A stretch of DNA of 64,000 nt from contig JAUWQY010000001.1 in NCBI GenBank assembly GCA_030610855.1, forward strand, positions 1,628 to 65,627. Reading direction: 5' to 3'. Below, piece by piece: positions 57,573-64,000 of the stretch; the stretch's first letter is position 1, and each line of letters opens with the position of its first letter. The stretch comes from Dehalococcoidia bacterium (GTDB lineage: Bacteria; Chloroflexota; Dehalococcoidia; GIF9; AB-539-J10). Under the pieces are notes generated by a model that saw only the letters and a program-made list of their open reading frames with translations, had not been told where the DNA came from and did no database searches. The translations under genes were made by a program, and so were the position numbers.

Positions 57573-60038
57573 TTACGCGGCCTCGGTGACCAGGGGTTTT
57601 ATTACAATGCCCTCCTCGGTGCAATCCACCACCACCTTGTCTCCAGGCCGGAATTCGCCGCGAAGCAAAGCCTCGGAGAGCCGGTCCTCAACCAGAGTTT
57701 GGATGGCACGGCGCAAGGGGCGGGCTCCAAAAACAGGGTCATACCCCTTGTTGCCTATAAAATCCTTGGCTTCGGCAGTGATTTCCAAAGTAATATTCTT
57801 CTCCTTAAGCGAAGCAACAACCTGGTCGAGCATCAGGTCAACAATCTGGCGGATATGCTCTTTGCTTAAAGCGTGAAACACAACCGTGGCATCGAGACGG
57901 TTAAGGAACTCGGGTCGGAATCTTCGCTCGTTCTTCATCTTCTCGAGCACTTTCTCCTTCATTTTCTCGTACTCCACGTGCTGTTTTCCCTCGCCATCAA
58001 TGTGGGCAGCAAAACCGAGGGTCATATCACGCTTGATGAGCTCGGCACCGACATTGCTGGTCATGACTATGATGGTATTACGAAAATCAACTCTTCGCCC
58101 CTTGGCATCGGTCAAATGGCCATCATCGAAAATCTGGAGCAGGATATTGAATACATTTTCATGAGCCTTTTCAATTTCATCGAGGAGAATAGCACAATAG
58201 GACTTCCGTCTCACTGCCTCGGTCAGTTGCCCGCCTTCCTCATAACCGATATAACCCGGCGGTGCTCCCACCAAGCGAGCTACATTGTGAGGCTCCATAA
58301 ACTCCGACATGTCGAGTCTGACTAAGGCATCTTCACTACCAAACATGAACTCGGCCAGAGCCCTTACCAGTTCAGTTTTGCCCACACCGGTAGGGCCCAG
58401 AAAGATGAAGGCACCAATGGGCCGTCTCGGGTCCTTCAACCCGGCGCGAGCCCTTCTTACCGCCTTAGCCACAGTATCTATGGCCTCATCCTGGCCGATG
58501 ATGCGGCGATGCAAAGCCTCCTCCATGTGCAGAAGCCGACTGGTTTCATCGGTCGTCAGCGTCACCACAGGTATGCCCGTCCACATACTGACTACCTCGG
58601 CAATATCCTCTGATGTAACCACGGGTCGGCCTTGTTTCTGCCTGACCTGCCATCCCTTGTCCATGGTCTCGATCTTCTCCAGTAGTTGAAGCTCACGGTC
58701 ACGGAGCTCGCTTGAGTGCTCATACTGCTGAGCCGCTATAGCCGCCTCCTTTTCCTTCCGTACACTCTCCAAATCCCGTCTTGCCTCAGCCAAGCCAATA
58801 GGTGGACTGCCCCGCTTGATGCGCACTCGAGAGCTGGCTTCGTCCACTAGATCGATAGCCTTATCAGGCAGAAAGCGGTCGGCAATATATCTGGTGGCCA
58901 GTGGGGCAGCTGCCTCCAGGGCTTCGTCGCTTATGTCCAGTTGATGGAATTCCTCATATCTATGTTTGATGCCGCGCAGTATGGCCAGAGTCTCTTCCGT
59001 AGTAGGTTCAGCGACCAAGACAGGCTGAAACCGCCGCTCCAAAGCCGGGTCTTTCTCTACGTATTTGCGGTAGTCATCCAGAGTAGTGGCACCAATACAT
59101 TGTATCTCGCCCCGCGACAACGAAGGCTTCAGTATATTGGCGGCGTCAACCGCGCCCTCAGCTGCTCCGGCACCGACGATAGTCTGCATTTCGTCTATAA
59201 ACAGGATGCAATTACCGGCAGCCTTCTCTTCATCAATAACCCTCTTTAGCCTTTCCTCAAATTCACCACGATACTTCGTTCCCGCCACTAGGGCACCTAT
59301 GTCTAATGCCACAATCCTCTTGCCCTGCAGCACCTCGGGCACTTCTCCGGCTATTATGCGCTGGGCCAACCCTTCAATAATAGCTGTTTTGCCTACACCT
59401 GGTTCGCCGATAAGGGCAGGGTTGTTCTTAGTGCGACGACTTAGTATCTGGATAACTCGTTCAATCTCCTTGTGACGCCCAACAACAGGGTCAAGTTTAT
59501 CCGCCCGGGCCAGAGCAGTCAGATCGGTGCCAAGTTGATCCAGTGTTGGCGTGCGGCTGGCGACGCGACCTGCGGTTCGCGTTCGCATGGACTCCTGCCT
59601 GACAACTCGGCTGACCTCCTCACGTGTTCGTTCAAGGGTAATACTCAAACTCTCCAATACACTGAAAGCCACGCCTTCGCTTTCACGCAGCAACCCGAGC
59701 AGAAGGTGCTCAACACCTATATAGTTGGAATTGAGACGGCGTGCTTCATCAACAGCAAACTCGATCGTTCTCTTCGCTCGACGAGCAAGGTCAACGTCTC
59801 CGCTGGTAGCGCGACGCTCTCCCTTTCCAATCAGAAATTCCACAGCCGCCTGTATCTTGCTCATCGAAACACCCAGATTACTCAGCACTCTGGCTGCAAC
59901 CCCTGACTCCTCCCCCGCTATCCCCAGTAGTATATGTTCGGTATCGATGTAGCTGTGACCCAGGCGCTGCGCCTCTCCTTGAGCTCGAGTCAAAACCCTG
60001 CGAGCCCCTTCGGAAAACCTCTCAAATCCCGTGCTCAT
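57573..60038 (-). CDS. clpC: ATP-dependent Clp protease ATP-binding subunit ClpC
   Basis: Clp N repeats; GEPGVGKT and [11 protein letters not shown]-like middle domain; LGF loop. Confidence 0.97.
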   Translation of the reverse strand: MSTGFERFSEGARRVLTRAQGEAQRLGHSYIDTEHILLGIAGEESGVAARVLSNLGVSMSKIQAAVEFLIGKGERRATSGDVDLARRAKRTIEFAVDEARRLNSNYIGVEHLLLGLLRESEGVAFSVLESLSITLERTREEVSRVVRQESMRTRTAGRVASRTPTLDQLGTDLTALARADKLDPVVGRHKEIERVIQILSRRTKNNPALIGEPGVGKTAIIEGLAQRIIAGEVPEVLQGKRIVALDIGALVAGTKYRGEFEERLKRVIDEEKAAGNCILFIDEMQTIVGAGAAEGAVDAANILKPSLSRGEIQCIGATTLDDYRKYVEKDPALERRFQPVLVAEPTTEETLAILRGIKHRYEEFHQLDISDEALEAAAPLATRYIADRFLPDKAIDLVDEASSRVRIKRGSPPIGLAEARRDLESVRKEKEAAIAAQQYEHSSELRDRELQLLEKIETMDKGWQVRQKQGRPVVTSEDIAEVVSMWTGIPVVTLTTDETSRLLHMEEALHRRIIGQDEAIDTVAKAVRRARAGLKDPRRPIGAFIFLGPTGVGKTELVRALAEFMFGSEDALVRLDMSEFMEPHNVARLVGAPPGYIGYEEGGQLTEAVRRKSYCAILLDEIEKAHENVFNILLQIFDDGHLTDAKGRRVDFRNTIIVMTSNVGAELIKRDMTLGFAAHIDGEGKQHVEYEKMKEKVLEKMKNERRFRPEFLNRLDATVVFHALSKEHIRQIVDLMLDQVVASLKEKNITLEITAEAKDFIGNKGYDPVFGARPLRRAIQTLVEDRLSEALLRGEFRPGDKVVVDCTEEGIVIKPLVTEAA

Positions 60039-60065
60039 TTCAGCTTTCGCTCCACTTCACGCTAG

Positions 60066-60094
60066 AGTATAGAGCATACCGCTCTTCTAGTCAA
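60066..60094 (-). promoter_or_regulatory. Sigma70 promoter of clpC
   Basis: TTGACT-17-TATACT; AGAGC-N5-GCTCT inverted repeat in the spacer. Confidence 0.65.
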
Positions 60095-60168
60095 CAATCT
60101 TAGCTTACTTGAAGTAAGCCGCAGAGTAGTAATATAATACCACGTAATCGTCCTGAAAGGCTAGTGAA

Positions 60169-60723
60169 ATGTGGGTTACCGGTGGTACAGCAAAGGGAAC
60201 GCGGCTAAAAACCTTGGCCGGGCGCTCCATCAGACCTACTACCAGCGTGGTGAGGCACGCCATATTCTCTCTCTTGGAGAACAGAGCTACTGATTGGCGG
60301 CGGGTTTTGGACCTGTATGCTGGCAGCGGTGCTCTGGGCATCGAAGCTCTAAGCCGTCGGGCAGAATGGGTCGATTTCGTTGACCACAGGAAGAGCTGCT
60401 GTGACATTATCAGGACCAACCTGGCAAAGATAGGGGAGCTACACCGGGCCCACGTTTATTGCTGCAGTGTGAGCAGAGCAATCGCCTTCCTCAGCAATCA
60501 TTATGACGTTGTATTCCTGGATCCGCCTTACTCCGATTCGTCGGCAGGCAATTCACTAATGAGCCTGGCCGAGTCGGACCTGCTGGGGGAAAATGCTACA
60601 ATCGTGCTTTGTCACGCAAACCGGTTTCCCCTGGAGGCTAACTATGATGGACTCCATCTGGTTAGGCAACGCCGCTATGGTGATACTTTCATCTTCATAT
60701 ACCACAAGGAGGTTCAGCTATGA
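60169..60723 (+). CDS. rsmD: 16S rRNA m2G966 methyltransferase
   Basis: IRPT, LDLYAGSGALGIEALSR, DPPY. Confidence 0.93.
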   Translation: MWVTGGTAKGTRLKTLAGRSIRPTTSVVRHAIFSLLENRATDWRRVLDLYAGSGALGIEALSRRAEWVDFVDHRKSCCDIIRTNLAKIGELHRAHVYCCSVSRAIAFLSNHYDVVFLDPPYSDSSAGNSLMSLAESDLLGENATIVLCHANRFPLEANYDGLHLVRQRRYGDTFIFIYHKEVQL

Positions 60724-61232
60724 CCGTAGCAGTCTATCCTGGCACCTTTGATCCTCTTACGTGTGGGCACGTGGACATTATCGAGCGAACGGCAGCCCTC
60801 ATCGACAAGCTGATCATCGGTATCTACGAGAATCCTGGTAAGAAGCCGCTTTTCTCACTGGAGCAAAGGGTAAGGTTAGTAGAAGAGGCGGTAAGTGGCC
60901 TGTCTAACGTCCAGGTCAGGCCTTTCAAGGGACTGACCGTGGATTTCATACACCAGACAGGAGGAAGGATTATGATTCGTGGTTTAAGGGCAAACTCTGA
61001 TTTCGAACGGGAATTCGAGATGGCGTTGATGAACAGAAAGCTCGCGCCTGACATCGAGCTGCTCTGCTTGATGACCAGTTCTCAATATCAGTTTCTTAGC
61101 TCATCCCTGATTAAGGAGGTAGCTAAGTTAGGAGGTTGTCTTGAAGGGATGGTTCCCGACCACGTGGCTGTAGCTCTGAAGGAGAAGGTTTCCCTGCCTA
61201 TTGAGCTCGCCCCTGGTAAAGACGAGGCGTAA
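60720..61232 (+). CDS. coaD: Phosphopantetheine adenylyltransferase
   Basis: YPGTFDP.T.GH, RGLR..SDFE.E, SSS. Confidence 0.97.
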   Translation: MTVAVYPGTFDPLTCGHVDIIERTAALIDKLIIGIYENPGKKPLFSLEQRVRLVEEAVSGLSNVQVRPFKGLTVDFIHQTGGRIMIRGLRANSDFEREFEMALMNRKLAPDIELLCLMTSSQYQFLSSSLIKEVAKLGGCLEGMVPDHVAVALKEKVSLPIELAPGKDEA

Positions 61233-61267
61233 AATCAAGAGCTAAATATAAAGGAGGCAATAGAAGG

Positions 61268-61534
61268 ATGGCATATAAAATCACAGACGAGTGCATCAGC
61301 TGTGGCGCCTGCGAACCGGAGTGTAAGAATGAGGCTATAAGTGAGGGAGAAGAACTCTGTGTTATCGACGCTGACAGATGTACTGAATGTGTCGGCTGGT
61401 TTGATACACAGAAGTGCGCAGAGGTTTGCCCTGTGGATGCTTGCATTACTGACCCTGGTCATAAGGAAACACGGGACCAGTTGCTGGCGAAATGGCACAA
61501 GCTATATCCTGGCCAGACTCCGGCTGCCACTTGA
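61268..61534 (+). CDS. 2x[4Fe-4S] ferredoxin (YfhL-like)
   Basis: CISCGACEPEC; CTECVG.....C...CP. Confidence 0.93.
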   Translation: MAYKITDECISCGACEPECKNEAISEGEELCVIDADRCTECVGWFDTQKCAEVCPVDACITDPGHKETRDQLLAKWHKLYPGQTPAAT

Positions 61535-61699
61535 GATAGGGTGTTTCAAACACGTGAGGAAGAGGACTTCGCTTGGCGACCCTTGCACCGTGAGCCGATG
61601 GGAAGGGGTGGGCTAAACTGCTATTGAGCACCGCTTTTCTGCAACAAGCTTCGGCCTGACCTGCCGAGAAGCTAATCACAAATAGCTGACAATCATCTC

Positions 61700-62695
61700 T
61701 CAGCGAGACGCTGTCTGGCTTATGTACAGGGGACCACTTTTCAGGTGATTCAGAAGTGAGAGCTCGCTGTAGGATCGTATGGCGACATAACAACCACCGC
61801 AGCGATTAGTTCGCGAGAAATCCCTCATCATCTCTTTTCGGCTGGAGTACTCGCTGCGGTGCAGTGAACACGGGACCAACCTTCCATTAGGCATGATGAT
61901 AAGAAATCTTGTACCTGCTTTGCAATTCGGCATGTATCCTCGTTCAAAGAATTTTGCGGTGTTTCTGAGCACGACAGCCGAGTTAACTATGCTGGCGCCC
62001 TGCTTTTTCATTGCTATGAGTTCGCTAATGGCTTGCCGCAGGATTTCCAGATCCTCTCCATCATTTATGCAGTAGCCTGTTTCGTTTGTGCGCAGCGCGG
62101 TGTATGCGCTATACGATATGGATACATTCCACTCGGCAGCCTTCCTTACCAGAGGTAGCATATCCCTCAGGTTGGCTCGGGTTATAGCCGTGTTGAGGAC
62201 AATATCCCGGAAACCAAGATTCGCCAGCCGGGGAAGGGTCTGCTCCAAACGCTTGTATAGACCTGGCCGTCGCCGAAACTCATCATGCCGCTCATCAGGG
62301 AAGTCAAGTGACACGGAGAATTGATTCACCCCTGCTTCACGCAGTTGCAGGTAGTTGCTCTCGTTCAACAACACTCCATTCGTAACGAGTATCACGTGCG
62401 GTACCCCGGCGGATTGCTTGATAGCCTTGACTATGGCTGCTATATCCTTGCGTAGAAGTGGCTCACCGCCGGAAATCTGCGCTACAAGCGGCTTGAGGCT
62501 CCGAGTCAAGTCTGCATACTCCTCCGGTCCAATCTGCGTTTCATCCTCTATGAACCCCCCAAGGTCACAATGACGGCAATTGCAGTTGCAGGAAAGCGTT
62601 ACCTCGTAAGAGACGACCATGGTGCGATTAGTTACATAGGTATCGACACCCTTCTTAATAAGCTTGACCGTGTCATGCAGAGAACGACTTGCCAT
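61700..62695 (-). CDS. Radical SAM protein with SPASM/twitch-like C-terminus
   Basis: CNCNCRHC, SGGEP, TNG; CKAG..VPC..CGGC. Confidence 0.88.
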   Translation of the reverse strand: MASRSLHDTVKLIKKGVDTYVTNRTMVVSYEVTLSCNCNCRHCDLGGFIEDETQIGPEEYADLTRSLKPLVAQISGGEPLLRKDIAAIVKAIKQSAGVPHVILVTNGVLLNESNYLQLREAGVNQFSVSLDFPDERHDEFRRRPGLYKRLEQTLPRLANLGFRDIVLNTAITRANLRDMLPLVRKAAEWNVSISYSAYTALRTNETGYCINDGEDLEILRQAISELIAMKKQGASIVNSAVVLRNTAKFFERGYMPNCKAGTRFLIIMPNGRLVPCSLHRSEYSSRKEMMRDFSRTNRCGGCYVAIRSYSELSLLNHLKSGPLYISQTASR

Positions 62696-62706
62696 TTGTT
62701 ATCCCC

Positions 62707-63627
62707 CTATTTGAAACCGACCATTGTGCAATTGTCCAGTCTTGAGGAGTATGCCAGCATCATCCTGTTCATACCTCTACCCAGAATAGAGCCAGGGCCG
62801 AATAAACCCCTTAAAGGCTCATACAGCCTGAGATATTTCAGTATCGGAATAAACAGCATCAACAAGCTTATGGATTCCTTATAGGATACAGGAGATATGT
62901 CCCTGAATCCAGTCTTCTGCAGAACGGTAGTGAGAGTTCTCGTAGTAAACTGGTTGAGATGTAACATCCTTATGTTCCACCATCTTCTTCCCAAGATTCT
63001 CGCCGGCACCCCCTTGATATCCGGGGTCGACAGTGCCAGCAACCCCCCTGGCTTCAGTATTCTGTGAACCTCTCCCAGCATTATTAGAGGGTATGGCACA
63101 TGCTCCAGAACTTGCCACAGAGTAACTACATCAAAACAGTTCTCGGGAAACCGTAGTTCCTCAAAGGGCCTTGCTTCCACATCGAGGCCGAATTCCCTTC
63201 TCGCATATTCCACCGCATCCTGTGATAATTCGACGCCTTTGGTAGCATAACCGGCTCTCGAGGCGTTGAAGAGAAAGAAGCCCTCACCACAGCCTATATC
63301 CAGCAGATACGCTCCACTCTTATGCTGCTCAATCAACCTCACCTGTGCTTGGGAAGCGGTCAAGCGAATTCCCCGGATAATGGAGGCATCGACGCTCTTT
63401 CTCTGAGAGTACGCTTTATTGATTTCGCCTGCCTTCTCTATAGGATTGACGTATATCAGTTGACAATTCCGACATCTGACATGCCTTCCCCACTTCCTCC
63501 CAGGGATCATATATACGGTCTCCACCACTTCTCCGAAATCTCCGGCCTTCATATTAGACTCAAAGAGCACTTCATAATCGTTCTGCCCGCAGCAGGGGCA
63601 GTTGCGGTACTCAAAAAGCGAATCCAT
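62707..63627 (-). CDS. Class I SAM-dependent methyltransferase with N-terminal zinc ribbon
   Basis: CPCCG..CRNC; LDIGCGEG; FDVVT..VLEH; start trimmed. Confidence 0.88.
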   Translation of the reverse strand: MDSLFEYRNCPCCGQNDYEVLFESNMKAGDFGEVVETVYMIPGRKWGRHVRCRNCQLIYVNPIEKAGEINKAYSQRKSVDASIIRGIRLTASQAQVRLIEQHKSGAYLLDIGCGEGFFLFNASRAGYATKGVELSQDAVEYARREFGLDVEARPFEELRFPENCFDVVTLWQVLEHVPYPLIMLGEVHRILKPGGLLALSTPDIKGVPARILGRRWWNIRMLHLNQFTTRTLTTVLQKTGFRDISPVSYKESISLLMLFIPILKYLRLYEPLRGLFGPGSILGRGMNRMMLAYSSRLDNCTMVGFK

Positions 63628-63640
63628 CTCTATCCAGCTC

Positions 63641-64000
63641 TCAGAGGCGTTGAGCTTTTGCATGAGCGGCAGCCACGGCCTCGAGAAGATGATAACGAAA
63701 TGCCCCCTTCTCTAACTGAAGAAGAGCTTCGGTAGTTGTTCCTCCTGGCGAAGTAACCATGTTCTTCAGTTCGGCGGGATGCTTCCCCATCGTCTCAACA
63801 GCACAGGCAGAGCCGATCACAGTTTGTAACACCACTTCCTGAGCTATAGACCGGGGCAAGCCGATGTGCACACCAGCATCGATGAATGCCTCGATAAAGA
63901 GAAAGACATAAGCTGCACCACTGCCGCCTAATGCAGTGACCATATCCAGATATTTCTCGTCAGCAACATAAATCTCTTTGCCCAAAGCACCCAGTACAGT
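63641..64000 (-). CDS. proC: Pyrroline-5-carboxylate reductase, C-terminal part (truncated by window edge)
   Basis: TAL.GSG.AY, VTSPGGTT. Confidence 0.93.
   Translation of the reverse strand, partial: TVLGALGKEIYVADEKYLDMVTALGGSGAAYVFLFIEAFIDAGVHIGLPRSIAQEVVLQTVIGSACAVETMGKHPAELKNMVTSPGGTTTEALLQLEKGAFRYHLLEAVAAAHAKAQRL

Noticed and set aside
60061..60092. CIRCE or CtsR site at clpC
   Set aside because: An inverted repeat is present but matches neither TTAGCACTC-N9-GAGTGCTAA nor the CtsR heptad repeats.
1..64000. tRNA, rRNA, transposase, integrase and phage genes; many antisense ORFs in the track
   Set aside because: None recognised by eye; the antisense ORFs shadow well-supported genes.

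Overview
Chromosomal window of an anaerobic bacterium. Gene content and order (dnaA-obgE-nadD beside gyrB and hisS; clpC-radA-ispD-ispF; PurS-fused PurL; PAC2; TGnTAnAAT promoters) resemble Chloroflexota, class Dehalococcoidia; this placement is an inference. Most of the window is housekeeping: def, gatCA, apgM, ftsK, rnj, udg, pmbA, tldD, relA, rpsT, ilvE, purQL, glnA, pyrF, hisS, gyrB, nadD, obgE, dnaA, fmt, coaE, ispDF, radA, clpC, rsmD, coaD, proC. A candidate oriC lies between obgE and dnaA. Three accessory-looking blocks stand out. (1) A ~9.7 kb minus-strand operon at 44.2-53.9 kb with a clear promoter and palindromic operator. It encodes DUF134, several DUF5320-like low-complexity/coiled-coil proteins, NifB/NifX proteins, FmdB zinc ribbons, two ferredoxin-inserted MinD ATPases, an Mrp lacking CxxC, NifU, a radical SAM enzyme, DUF1847 and an unannotated mobB remnant. 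It is probably an uncharacterised metallocluster-handling system. (2) An envelope block at 27.3-33.6 kb: ECF sigma, subtilase, a membrane-anchored GEVED/MBG/CARDB-like surface protein and a presenilin-like GxGD intramembrane protease. (3) A pilin/WxL-like exported subunit and a membrane-anchored chaperone-like gene at 2.3-4.1 kb. A 13-mer at 2.0 kb, beside block 3, recurs in block 2. Reading outside the ORF track revealed pseudogene remnants (purF, mobB, internally deleted lexA, a frameshifted FmdB-NifX duplicate), two small membrane ORFs, and GTAG-/CGTC-type palindromic repeats, two apparently absorbed into coding sequence. No tRNA, rRNA, CRISPR array or transposase was recognised. All product calls come from motif recognition; no searches were run.
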